Source of the DNA: Octopus bimaculoides
Taxonomy: Eukaryota
Direction: 5' to 3'
DNA: 64,000 bases
Assembly (NCBI RefSeq): GCF_001194135.2
Contig: NC_068989.1
Coordinates: forward strand, 16,852,266-16,916,265
Under the pieces are notes generated by a model, which did not search any database, had not been told where the DNA came from, and was given only the letters and a program-made list of their open reading frames with translations. This document shows, in pieces, positions 11,794 to 23,625 of this stretch (positions are counted from its first letter, which is position 1; the number at the start of each line of letters is the position of its first letter). The translations under genes were made by a program, and so were the position numbers.

Positions 11794-11999
11794 NNNNNNN
11801 NNNNNNNNNNNNNNNNNNNNNNNNNNNNNNNNNNNNNNNNNNNNNNNNNNNNNNNNNNNNNNNNNNNNNNNNNNNNNNNNNNNNNNNNNNNNNNNNNNNN
11901 NNNNNNNNNNNNNNNNNNNNNNNNNNNNNNNNNNNNNNNNNNNNNNNNNNNNNNNNNNNNNNNNNNNNNNNNNNNNNNNNNNNNNNNNNNNNNNNNNNN
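11794..11999. other. Assembly gap (others: 13448-14116, 15606-15615, 15917-16859, 20793-20802, 25289-25991, 26547-26646, 40655-40664, 61628-62003)
   Basis: Runs of N, mostly flanked by (TA)n microsatellites or SINEs. Confidence 0.98.
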
Positions 12000-12328
12000 C
12001 CTGGCACTTGTGCCCACGGCATGTGAAAAGTCATTTGAGCGAGATCGTTGCCAGTGCCACTGGACTGGCTCCTGTGCAGGTGTCACGTAAAATACACCAT
12101 TTTGAGCATGGCCATTGCCAGTACCGCCTGACTGGCCCTCATGCCGGTGGCACGTAAAAGCACCCACTACACTCTCGGAGTGGTTGGCGTTAGGAAGGGC
12201 ATCCAGCTGTAGAAACTCTGCCAAATCAGATTGGAGCCTGGTGTAGCCATCTGGTTCACCAGTCCTCAGTCAAATCGTCCAACCCATGCTAGCATGGAAA
12301 GCGGACGTTAAACGATGATGATGATGAT
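12000..12328 (+). mobile_element. Family A retroposon with (GAT)n tail
   Basis: Near-identical to 1-256. Confidence 0.85.
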
Positions 12329-12679
12329 ATATAGAAAATAAAAGAATGTCTCGAATGCAGGAAGGCTCGGACGATGGTTTAGAAAATGAGGTAAAAAGTG
12401 GCCAGCAAGCCTCCACAGAGAACTGAAACCTACACTTCTTAAAATCTAGCTGAGCGCTCTGTACCATTAAGCTAAGAGGCCCCTGACAACAGATACTGCT
12501 TTTTTATAATGCTAAGTAATAGCTTTTGGATTGTGTGAACATTTTGTAACAAACTTATAAGCGTATTCTACAGAAAATAAGGAAATGTCTCTAATGCAGG
12601 AAAGCTGTGAAGACAACTTAGAAAATCAGCTGTTGGGTTAAGCTTTTACTTTGCAACAATGTGATTTCCATTCAGTTCC

Positions 12680-12968
12680 ACTGTGCGGAAGCCTGTTGCA
12701 AAAATATATATGTATGTGTGTCTTTGTGTTTCTTTGTTCCTCCACCATTTGACAACTGGTGTATGTTCCTATAACTTAGTAGTTCACCTAAGAGACCAAT
12801 AGAATAAGTATCAAACTTGAAAAAGTAAGTATTGGTGTACTGGAGCGGCACGTCTGTCAAACGGTAACGCAGGTGTCCTAAGGCGAGCTCAGCGTGGACG
12901 GAAATTACACGTCGAGCAAAAGCTCGCTCGATCTCGATTTTCAGTATGAAACAAGTAAAAGATAAAAT
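12680..12968 (+). mobile_element. Diverged family B SINE hosting the 28S fragment
   Basis: agagaccaatagaataagta...gtaagtattggtgt precedes the rRNA segment and the family B terminus tgaaacaagtaaaagataaaa follows it. Confidence 0.7.
12838..12950 (+). rRNA. 28S rRNA fragment (non-functional, ~113 bp) embedded in a SINE
   Basis: ctgtcaaacggtaacgcaggtgtcctaaggcgagctcag...aaaagctcgctcgatctcgattttcagta matches, from memory, a conserved 3'-domain segment of eukaryotic LSU rRNA, with a ~7-nt deletion before AAAAGCTCGC. Confidence 0.85.
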
Positions 12969-13144
12969 GATAGGCATTACTACATTTTGGTGCCCCTCGT
13001 AAATTTTCTGGAAAATGCATATTTTTAAAATGAAATTTTGTAAAGATACTTTACTGAGGGTGCAGATTACAATAACACTGACAACATTAAAAAAATGTTA
13101 ATGAAGAACTTTTGGATCATTCCACCCACAAAACTTGGTTCCCT

Positions 13145-13447
13145 CTCTTTTACTTGTTTCAGTCATTTGACTGTGGCCATGCTGGAGCACCACCTTTAGT
13201 CGAGCAAATCGACCCCAGGACTTATTCTTTGGAAGCCTAGTACTTATTCTATGGGTCACTTTTGCCTAACCGCTAAGTTACGGGCACGTAAACACACCAG
13301 CATCGGTTGTCAAGCGATGCTGGGTGGGGGGACAAACACACACACACACATATATATATACATATACATATATACGACAGGCTTCTTTCAGTTTCCGTCT
13401 ACCAAATCCACTCACAAGGCTTTGGTCAGCCCGAGGCTATATTAGAA
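13145..13447 (-). mobile_element. Family B SINE, truncated by a gap
   Basis: Reverse complement of the family B consensus seen at 35524-35905. Confidence 0.85.
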
Positions 13448-14116
13448 NNNNNNNNNNNNNNNNNNNNNNNNNNNNNNNNNNNNNNNNNNNNNNNNNNNNN
13501 NNNNNNNNNNNNNNNNNNNNNNNNNNNNNNNNNNNNNNNNNNNNNNNNNNNNNNNNNNNNNNNNNNNNNNNNNNNNNNNNNNNNNNNNNNNNNNNNNNNN
13601 NNNNNNNNNNNNNNNNNNNNNNNNNNNNNNNNNNNNNNNNNNNNNNNNNNNNNNNNNNNNNNNNNNNNNNNNNNNNNNNNNNNNNNNNNNNNNNNNNNNN
13701 NNNNNNNNNNNNNNNNNNNNNNNNNNNNNNNNNNNNNNNNNNNNNNNNNNNNNNNNNNNNNNNNNNNNNNNNNNNNNNNNNNNNNNNNNNNNNNNNNNNN
13801 NNNNNNNNNNNNNNNNNNNNNNNNNNNNNNNNNNNNNNNNNNNNNNNNNNNNNNNNNNNNNNNNNNNNNNNNNNNNNNNNNNNNNNNNNNNNNNNNNNNN
13901 NNNNNNNNNNNNNNNNNNNNNNNNNNNNNNNNNNNNNNNNNNNNNNNNNNNNNNNNNNNNNNNNNNNNNNNNNNNNNNNNNNNNNNNNNNNNNNNNNNNN
14001 NNNNNNNNNNNNNNNNNNNNNNNNNNNNNNNNNNNNNNNNNNNNNNNNNNNNNNNNNNNNNNNNNNNNNNNNNNNNNNNNNNNNNNNNNNNNNNNNNNNN
14101 NNNNNNNNNNNNNNNN

Positions 14117-14380
14117 ATTTGGTAGACGGAAACTGAAAGAAGCCTGTCGTATATATGTATATGTATATATATATATGTGTGTGTGTGTGTTTGTCCCCCC
14201 ACCCAGCATCGCTTGACAACCGATGCTGGTGTGTTTACGTGCCCGTAACTTAGCGGTTAGGCAAAAGTGACCCATAGAATAAGTACTAAGCTTCCAAAGA
14301 ATAAGTCCTAGTGTCGATTTGCTCGATTAAAGGCGGTGATCCAGCATGGCCGCAGTCAAATGACTGAAACAAGTAAAACA
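14117..14380 (+). mobile_element. Family B SINE, truncated by a gap
   Basis: atttggtagacggaaactgaaagaagcc...gactgaaacaagtaaaa. Confidence 0.85.
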
Positions 14381-14427
14381 ATTTAAATCCATGCATTTTA
14401 TACGTGTTCTCACCCCAGCAATCAGCA

Positions 14428-14469
<42 letters not shown>

Positions 14470-15628
14470 TTTATATGAAAGATTTGGAATACACTTTAAC
14501 AAAAAAAAAACTTATAACTTTGTCCATTTCATCGCACAATTCGTAATTAAAAAAATTCTGATACCTTCACAAGTTGTGTGGTAAACGAAACAACAAATCT
14601 AGTCTGAATTAAAATCTTCCATATACTTCTGTTTATTTTTGTCTCGTGCAGGAGGTGAAAAAATAGTATGTAAAATTTAATTTGATGACTATAAACTGGA
14701 GAAAAATTGGATGATCATAGCTACTAAAACGCAAATGAAACTCTAGGGAATAATGTGCATTATTACATACATTGTTGTAACTGTGAATATACAAAAACCA
14801 TGTATATTTCGTTGTTTCGGTGTTTTACTAAATAAAATTTTACTGTCTCTATCGAAAATAAATTACGCCGCTTTTCTCTAATTTTCTACCAGAACATGTG
14901 ATAATGAAAATAATTTAAATGTTTTTTTTGTGTCATGGTTTAAATAATATAAATATTTACCTACATCATCATTCAGTCATTAGGAATCGGCAAGTACGGT
15001 GAAAGCTATATGATTCTAGCTGTTATATTATTATACAATCAACCAAAAAAAAGCAATTGCTGATTAAAGAAGGCTCTTCTTGTATTTCTCCAAAATTTCG
15101 ATATTGTGTTTCCCAAATTTAAACAATACTTGTCGTCCTTTATTTCTTTTGCTGTCTCTTAGAATGCAGTCTTAGTTTTCATTCACTTATCTCTTATTCT
15201 CTATACGCCTCCAGCACAATTTCTCGTTTTTTTGTTTGTTTTTTTTTTAATATAATCTTGACAATGTTATCTAATTTACTTCCCGGTTTGTCCCGGGGGT
15301 CAATAATAATAACAGCAGGAAACTACATAGCACTCTCTAACGATTAGAAATCAGTTCTTACCATTCAATCAATGAAACTTCCACTTTTCACTAAATTTGT
15401 AAACGTAACAGTTTATTTCTAACAGCTATAGCTGACCTTAGTTTTATAAATGACTAAACCATAGGTAACATGAAATAACTACATTTTGATTCACGCAAAA
15501 TTGCTTTAAAATGGTGTTAGCACTTTTCAGCGAAGTGTTGTATTCAAACATTGGCGGGTACTACTAAAGCAGCGCGGACCCGAACGCGCAGTTGCGCGTC
15601 CGCGCNNNNNNNNNNGATTTATTTTGAA

Positions 15629-15740
15629 GGGTTTAGAGTTAGGGTTAGGGTTAGGTTTACGGTTAAGGTTTGGGTTTTAGGGTTTCCGTCCCTAACTGTA
15701 ACCGTAACCCTAACCCTGACACTAAAACCCTAATCCTAAC
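15629..15740. repeat. Degenerate telomere-like foldback, (TTAGGG)n followed by (CCCTAA)n
   Basis: gttagggttagggttagg...ttttagggttt, a short spacer, then ccctaactgtaaccgtaaccctaaccct...aaaccctaatcctaac. Confidence 0.75.
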
Positions 15741-17099
15741 ACTATAGTGAAGATTGTGCGGCTATTATGGAAAAGGCCGATCTATGGTAAAGATCGCCGA
15801 AGACACTTTTGACGGAAAAGGCCGATATTTAGGTAATCGTACCGAAAGATCACCGAGTGGGGTTCTACAGAAACCCACTTTTTCGACTGCAGAGATTACG
15901 AATTTGCAAAAAAAAANNNNNNNNNNNNNNNNNNNNNNNNNNNNNNNNNNNNNNNNNNNNNNNNNNNNNNNNNNNNNNNNNNNNNNNNNNNNNNNNNNNN
16001 NNNNNNNNNNNNNNNNNNNNNNNNNNNNNNNNNNNNNNNNNNNNNNNNNNNNNNNNNNNNNNNNNNNNNNNNNNNNNNNNNNNNNNNNNNNNNNNNNNNN
16101 NNNNNNNNNNNNNNNNNNNNNNNNNNNNNNNNNNNNNNNNNNNNNNNNNNNNNNNNNNNNNNNNNNNNNNNNNNNNNNNNNNNNNNNNNNNNNNNNNNNN
16201 NNNNNNNNNNNNNNNNNNNNNNNNNNNNNNNNNNNNNNNNNNNNNNNNNNNNNNNNNNNNNNNNNNNNNNNNNNNNNNNNNNNNNNNNNNNNNNNNNNNN
16301 NNNNNNNNNNNNNNNNNNNNNNNNNNNNNNNNNNNNNNNNNNNNNNNNNNNNNNNNNNNNNNNNNNNNNNNNNNNNNNNNNNNNNNNNNNNNNNNNNNNN
16401 NNNNNNNNNNNNNNNNNNNNNNNNNNNNNNNNNNNNNNNNNNNNNNNNNNNNNNNNNNNNNNNNNNNNNNNNNNNNNNNNNNNNNNNNNNNNNNNNNNNN
16501 NNNNNNNNNNNNNNNNNNNNNNNNNNNNNNNNNNNNNNNNNNNNNNNNNNNNNNNNNNNNNNNNNNNNNNNNNNNNNNNNNNNNNNNNNNNNNNNNNNNN
16601 NNNNNNNNNNNNNNNNNNNNNNNNNNNNNNNNNNNNNNNNNNNNNNNNNNNNNNNNNNNNNNNNNNNNNNNNNNNNNNNNNNNNNNNNNNNNNNNNNNNN
16701 NNNNNNNNNNNNNNNNNNNNNNNNNNNNNNNNNNNNNNNNNNNNNNNNNNNNNNNNNNNNNNNNNNNNNNNNNNNNNNNNNNNNNNNNNNNNNNNNNNNN
16801 NNNNNNNNNNNNNNNNNNNNNNNNNNNNNNNNNNNNNNNNNNNNNNNNNNNNNNNNNNAAAAAATAAAAATAAAAATAAACTCCGAAAGTGTTTTTTACC
16901 TCCACCCAAACATTTGTGATGGTATAAGATGAAACTCATGAAAATGGGTGGATGGAAGGGAGGGCTTATAATTCTACTCTTCCATTTGTATATTTCCTCG
17001 CAAAAAGAAACGCCCCCCCCCAGATACTATAGTAATTTACTTTGATTAATTTTTATTGATCGGTAGTTTATCCAATGTCTATTGCAATGCTTGGGGTAG

Positions 17100-17196
17100 A
17101 GAATATTTGGCGAAGGTAAAGAATACGTACACCCAGTGTTTAGGGTTATGTCGTAAACGGGTGGTGTGCGTATCCTTAACCTCTGCCGAATATTCT
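17100..17196 (-). promoter_or_regulatory. Palindromic element with an AACCCTAA core, upstream of ZNF-2
   Basis: ~33-bp imperfect arms; aligns in reverse complement with 50694-50777. The regulatory role is inferred from position only. Confidence 0.45.
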
Positions 17197-17580
17197 AAGA
17201 TTTTCTGTTACGAACTAAAAGGGGGACATTTCAAGTTGCATAACCCATGAGTTTGATGAAAAGGCTTGTCCCTATCCAACATTTCAGCTACCTACATGCA
17301 ACATTGTGACCAACTTGGAACATACATTCACTTTCACACTAAGATATTTCCTTGTTTTTATATACAGTGTTTGTAATAACTGACTAAATCATGTAATAAC
17401 TTACGAGATCATTCACGAACCAGAAGAAAATATGCTTTGAGAAGTAGTTAAAAGTTCGTCTGTCTATCATTGTTTTCATCGATTTCAGATCGTATTACTT
17501 CATTACATCTCATAATTTCATCTTATAACTAAAAAATTTCTTTTTACATTAACAATTTTTATATGTATGTTTGTATATGG

Positions 17581-17612
<32 letters not shown>

Positions 17613-17628
17613 ATAGATAGATAGATAG

Positions 17629-17977
17629 TGGAGGTGCAATGGCCCAGTGGTTAGGGCAGCAGACTCGCGGTATCGATTTCCAGACCGGGCGTTGAGTGTT
17701 TATTGAGCGAAAACACATAAAGCTCCACGAGGCTCCGGCAGGGGATGGTGGCGAATCCTGCTGTACTCTTTTGCCACAACTTTCTCTCACTCTTTCTTCC
17801 TGTTTCTGTTGTACCTGTAATTCAAAGGGCCAGCCTTGTCGCGCTGAATCTCCTCGAGAACTACGTTAAGGGTACACGTGTCTGTGGAGTGCTCAGCCAC
17901 TTGCATGTTAATTTCACGAGCAGGCTGTTCCGTTGATCGGATCAACTGGAACCCTCGACGTCGTAAACGACGAGTGC

Positions 17978-17983
<6 letters not shown>
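17629..17983 (+). mobile_element. tRNA-Arg-like SINE family C (resembles octopus OR-type SINEs)
   Basis: Head tggaggtgcaatggcccagtggttagggcagcagactcgcgg; tail gagtgccaacaa; matches 49519-49846. Confidence 0.85.
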
Positions 17984-18028
<45 letters not shown>

Positions 18029-19560
18029 ATAGATAGATAGAGATATATATTTTGTAAGAAACAAAGGTACTTTTAACCATTCAATGACTTACACATGATC
18101 TTAACACAACTTTTTAAAAATATCGACTTTATGTTTAACCTGCTACAATACAAACCAAAAAATATTTTGGATGATATTCTGGATGATATTCCACACCATT
18201 ATACTATGCAATGATCATGAACAAGTTACTGAATGGATTTCTTTACTTCCTTGATATGAAAAAAAAAAAAAAAAATAGATGTCCATTAACTGTAATCAAA
18301 AAAACTTACATTTGTAAAATTTCATCTTAAAAATATGTGCAGTTCTAACAGTTTCAAACTCCTCTTCATCAATGTTACTCACAGATGAAAATAGGAATGA
18401 AAAACGAACAGAGTAAAAAGAAAAATATTTTTAAAACTATCTTAAAGAAAAATTTTAAAAAATTTTAAATAGGAAATGAAACTGAAAAGATGACAGGAAA
18501 CTGAAGTATTAGTATAAATATATTTATATGAACATTGAACAGAGCAGAGGTCTTTGGAAATAATCGTTTGAGAAAACCTAGAAAGTTTTTTTTTCTCGAA
18601 TTTTCGAAGTTCAAAGGTTCAGAAGTTTCAAGTTTTGAAAGTTTATAAGTTAAAAAGGTCTAGCAGTTTTTGATAGATAGATGAAAATAGGGATGTTGAC
18701 TCTGTCATTCTCTGGTCTGCCAGCCTGTCTCTACCACCACATTTTTCTAATTTTTTCTTCTATTCTCCTGCAAAGCTATTCATTTTTGTAAAGCTATTCA
18801 TTCTCTTTAAACTTAATGGTTACCGCAGTTCCATACAACGGTATTCTAGCCATGATCATTATATGGTAACTAGGCCTGCTTGAAATACCAGTCAAATCTT
18901 GCTCAAACAACACTGCAGTCTTTTTAATGTATATATGAATTTTAAATTGCTTTAAAGTTGTATATATTATTCTATATTCATCTTTGTCAAATCACTTTCA
19001 TATGGATATATGAGAATTCAGTGATGAAGATGATGATATTTTGCTTCAATTTTGTCTATGCTGTTCGCAGGCATTCCACTAGTTTTGGAAATCCTCGGAA
19101 ATCTAACCAATGTTACAAGAGTTAAAAGTAATAATTGTGGTCTGTGACAGTCACTTTTTGACACATACCACTATAGATAATACATCTACCTCTCTCTCAT
19201 TATCTACATGATCACTTTTCCTCTCCCTCTCTCCATATGACTCATTTGCATTTATTTTATCTGACTTTTTTACTCATGTTCTCTAATGCATTATCTCTCT
19301 TGCACATGTTGTTTCATTCTTTCTTTTTCTGAAGAGCTGTGCAAAGGAAATAACTGTAAGACAATATTGTCATATTTTACTATAGAAATTTGAAAATTTA
19401 AAATATAAATTTATAAACTTTACTTTGTTTTGCATCAAGATGTATATATATATATATATATATATATTCTTGTGGAAAGATAAATGATGTGGATATTTGT
19501 TCAGTAGTTTCTGAATAAAACATGGGCACACACGACACATGATAACATGATCATACATTC

Positions 19561-20180
19561 ATGAGATACTAGATGCTATTCAGTTTCATTGACTTTGGTA
19601 GAATACACTGAGATGTACACAGGATATTTTATATTAATTTTACCAAGTACAACAAGGACAAATCTTTTTCTAATTTACTATTGCAACTCACTAACAACTA
19701 GGAATTGGTGTTTCTATATGGTTTATAGTTGTGCACTTCTGACAGTATTTATTCAAAATAATTGGGAATGGTATCTGTGGACTTGACTTCAATGAAAATA
19801 TACATGTTGCCAGGCATTGATCATCCAAGCATGGAAGTCTTTTAAACAAGCAAAAACTGAAAATATCAAAACATAGAATAACTGTAGAATTCAATCTAAT
19901 CAATGAAGCAATATGACCACAAAGCTGCTAGAATGTTCTAACAACCCCAGGTCTATCAAGATGCCTAACTAAATATTTTTAGGTTTCTGTAAATTTTGTA
20001 TGGAGACACAATTTTGGGAAATAATATTTTGCCATCGTGTTTCCAAGAGTAAAAAAAACTTTGTAAAGGATTTATTTTGACTGTTAGAAAATAACAACCA
20101 ACAAAAATGGTAGATAACTTCAAGATTTTTATTTATAAGATTTTAATTTACAAATAAATATTTTGCTACAAATTGAAGTG
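19561..20180 (+). repeat. Left arm of a ~600-bp inverted duplication (3' flank of ZNF-3)
   Basis: Reverse complement of 23022-23625 with few substitutions and small indels; ORFs 19589-19786 and 23403-23597 translate almost identically. Confidence 0.92.
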
Positions 20181-20588
20181 ATAAAATTTTACATTAATTT
20201 CTGAATTTCTTCTTTTTACTTGCTATAGAATCATCTCAAAAGTATGTTGCTCTTATATATTTACTGTTTAACAATATGGCTTTATAAAAACAATTTTCCT
20301 CAAATTTCAAACCAATAAAGTTTCACAGCTATGTTTTCTAGTCAGATTGTTTCTGTAAGAAACTTTAACGACAAATAACTGTGAACATATTTTTCCAAAG
20401 TGTGTATTTGTTGATTACAAAATTAGAATTCAAAGTACCTGAATAGTTCCTTATATATTTCACATTAATAGATGTGTATACAAACAAACATATCAATATA
20501 AAATTTTTATTTTGTCCAGCATTTGTTAACTTCAAGCTTATAATTCACAAATAAAAATTTCCCAAATATTTTAGTAAAAGGGTTTCTT

Positions 20589-22023
20589 TTAAATATGAAA
20601 TCGCTTTTCTCCTGTGTGTATTTTTTGGTGCGTTTTTAAAATAACTTTGGAGACAAATGATTTCTCACAAATTTCACAACGGAAGGGTTTTTCTCCAGTG
20701 TGACTGCGTGTGTGGATAACAAGGATTGAATTATTAATGAAAGATTTTCCACAAATTTCACAGTGAAATCGCTTTTCTCCAGTGTGTATTTTNNNNNNNN
20801 NNGAAGGGTTTTTCTCCAGTGTGACTGCGTGTGTGGATAACAAGGATTGAATTATTAATGAAAGATTTTCCACAAATTTCACAGTGAAATCGCTTTTCTC
20901 CAGTGTGTATTTTTTGGTGCGTTTTTAAAACATTGTTGGAGACAAATGATTTACCACAAATTTCACAACGGGAGGGTTTTTCTCCAGTGTGACTGCGTAT
21001 GTGGATAACAAGGTTTGACTTATTAATGAATGATTTTCCGCATATTTCGCAGTCATAGGGTTTATCTCCAATATGTATCCTTCTGTGTATTTTTAAGACA
21101 CTGTTTAATATAAATGATTTTCCACATATTTCACAATGGTAGGGTTTTTCCCCAGTGTGACTACGTACGTGAATAACAAGACTTGAATTATCAGAGAAAG
21201 ATTTTCCGCATATTTCACAGTGACAGGGTTTTTCTCCAGTGTGATTACGTTTGTGGTAAACAAGATTCCAATTCCGAGTGAAAGATTTTCCGCATATTTC
21301 ACAGCGATAGGGTTTTTCGCCAGTATGTACCCTACTATGATTTGTTAAATAACTGCTATTGACAAAAGATTTCCCACATATCTCACACCAATACGGTTTT
21401 TCTCCAGTATGTTTACGTAGGTGAATTGTAAGCTTAGAATTCTCAGTAAAAGAAATCCCACATATTTTACATTTAAACGGTTTTTCTCCACTGTGTATTC
21501 GTTTGTGTATCGTTAAATAACTGCTAGTGATGAAAGACTTTCCACATACTTTGCAATGATAGGGCTTTTCTCCGGTGTGTATTCTTTTATGAACTACAAG
21601 ATTAGAATTAACAGAGAAAGATTTCCCGCATATTTCACAGCCAAAAGGCTTCTCGCCAGTATGTATTCTTTTGTGATTTGTTAAATTACTGTTAGAATCA
21701 AAAGATTTTCCGCATATTTCACAATGAAACAATTTTTCTCCAGTGTGTATTCTTTTGTGGGATTTTAAATTACCCTTAGAGACAAAACATTTTCCACATA
21801 ATTCACAACGATAGGGTTTTTCCCCAGTGTGTACTCTTTTATGCCTTGTTAATTGACCGTTATAAACAAAACATTTTCCACAGACTTCACAGTGGAAGGG
21901 AGATTTTCTATTGTGTGTTTCTTTATGTGTGACAACCTCATATTCCGAATAGAAATTTTTTCCACAAATTTCACAGCAATATTCAGGAATATTTTCATAT
22001 AATGATCTTTCTTTAGTAAACAT
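20589..22023 (-). CDS. C2H2 zinc-finger protein ZNF-3 (Type I), ~437 aa and 15 fingers if the gap duplication is collapsed
   Basis: ORF 20758-22023 continues across a 10-N gap (20793-20802) into ORF 20589-20882. The 111 bp on each side of the gap look identical (20682-20792 = 20803-20913); merging them gives one 1314-bp reading frame. Confidence 0.88.
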
Positions 22024-23021
22024 TTCACTATTTAAAGGCTTATCACCATTGTATGTCTGTGTAAATGAACCTATATTGCTAAAAAAAACAGTTCAGATGG
22101 AAGCGTTGAAGTTATTAACGTCTCCCTTATAAAGTCTCAATGAATTCTTATAAGTTATGAAATCCCTCTAACTATAGCCCCTGGTGTAGTTTAGTTGGGT
22201 TTTTGGGGGGGATGGGGCTTACGTATCATGGGACTGTGTTTGCATAATATAATCAGATTAATTATAATACTATGTAATAAAGTTAATTACTAATAGAAAT
22301 AAATAACTTACAAAGATAACATATAGGCGGTGTCATTGAAAATATCACCCTGCTTAAATGATACCGGTGACATAAGTTCAAGGTCCCAAACGTTATTTTG
22401 TATATTCAGAAATAATCCGGTCTCGGTAGAGTCATTATAACTCTCTCTCGACACAACAAAATTTTTACGAATTTACATAAAGAATCTTGCAAACAAAATA
22501 CAAAAATGAAGCAGAAATAATCTGTTACACGAACTGTCTCCTTAAGTTATAACCTACTAGAAATCGGAGACAATTCTCTCGAAATTATAGGAGGTCTGGT
22601 TACCTATTAGCTTACTTGAAATTTTATAGACGTTCGCCTCACCTCGCAGGTGGGGATGGGTGTGTAGATACTCATTTTTCTTATTAGGAAAAGGATAATT
22701 TCGACAGTATACCCCATTATATATAACCATAACGGTTAATGTTTGCATCTTGATGGATGTTGCACACACATACATGTTTACCTGTTTTAGTGGAACGAAT
22801 CGACCCCATTAGTTATTTTTTTAATAACCTGGTACTTATACTTGCATATCTAAACGTAAACAAACCAACACCTGTTTTCGCGCCTGTTGATCGTGGTGGT
22901 TTGGACGACAGAGAATTCTTAGATTCGGTTTCGAATCTAGGCTTAATTTTTACACTGTAACACCCAATGACCAAACTGCTACAAGCATAAGACATACGTA
23001 TTCTTTTATTCTCTCTCTCTC

Positions 23022-23625
23022 TCGCTTAAATTTGTAGCAAAATATTTATTTGTAAATTAAAATCTTATAAATAAAAATTTTGAAGTTATCTACCATTTTT
23101 GTTGGTTGTTATTTTCTAACAGTCAAAATAAATCCTTTACAAAGTTTTTTTACTCTTGGAAACACGATGGCAAAATATTATTTCCCAAAATTGTTTCTCC
23201 ATACAAAATTTACAGAAACCTAAAGATATTTAGTTAGGCATCTTGATAGACCTGGGGTTGTTAGAACATTCTAGTAGCTTTGTGGTCATATTGCTTCATT
23301 GATTAGATTGAATTCTATGTTTTGATATTTTCAGTTTTCGCTTGTTTAAAAGACTTCCATGCTTGGATGATCGATGCCTGGTAACGTATATTTTCATTGA
23401 AGTCAAGTCCACAGATACCATTCCCAATTATTTTGAATAAATACTGTCAGAAGTGCACAACTATAAACCATATAAAAACACCAATTCCTAGTTGTTAGTG
23501 AGTTGCAATAGTAGATTAGAAAAAGATTTGTCCTTGTATTTGGTAAAACTAATATAAAATATCCTGTGTACATCTCAGTGTATTCTACCAAAGTCAATGA
23601 AACTGAATAGCATCTAGTATCTCAT
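23022..23625 (-). repeat. Right arm of the inverted duplication (upstream of ZNF-3)
   Basis: Matches 19561-20180 in reverse; a further ~35 bp match (23775-23812 vs 19528-19563) lies beyond a ~150-bp insertion. Confidence 0.92.

Noticed and set aside
11548-16939. Long ORFs containing runs of X (also 25244-26066, 26485-26673, 61546-62175)
   Set aside because: They stay open only because N-gaps have no stop codons; the flanks are SINE or microsatellite translations.
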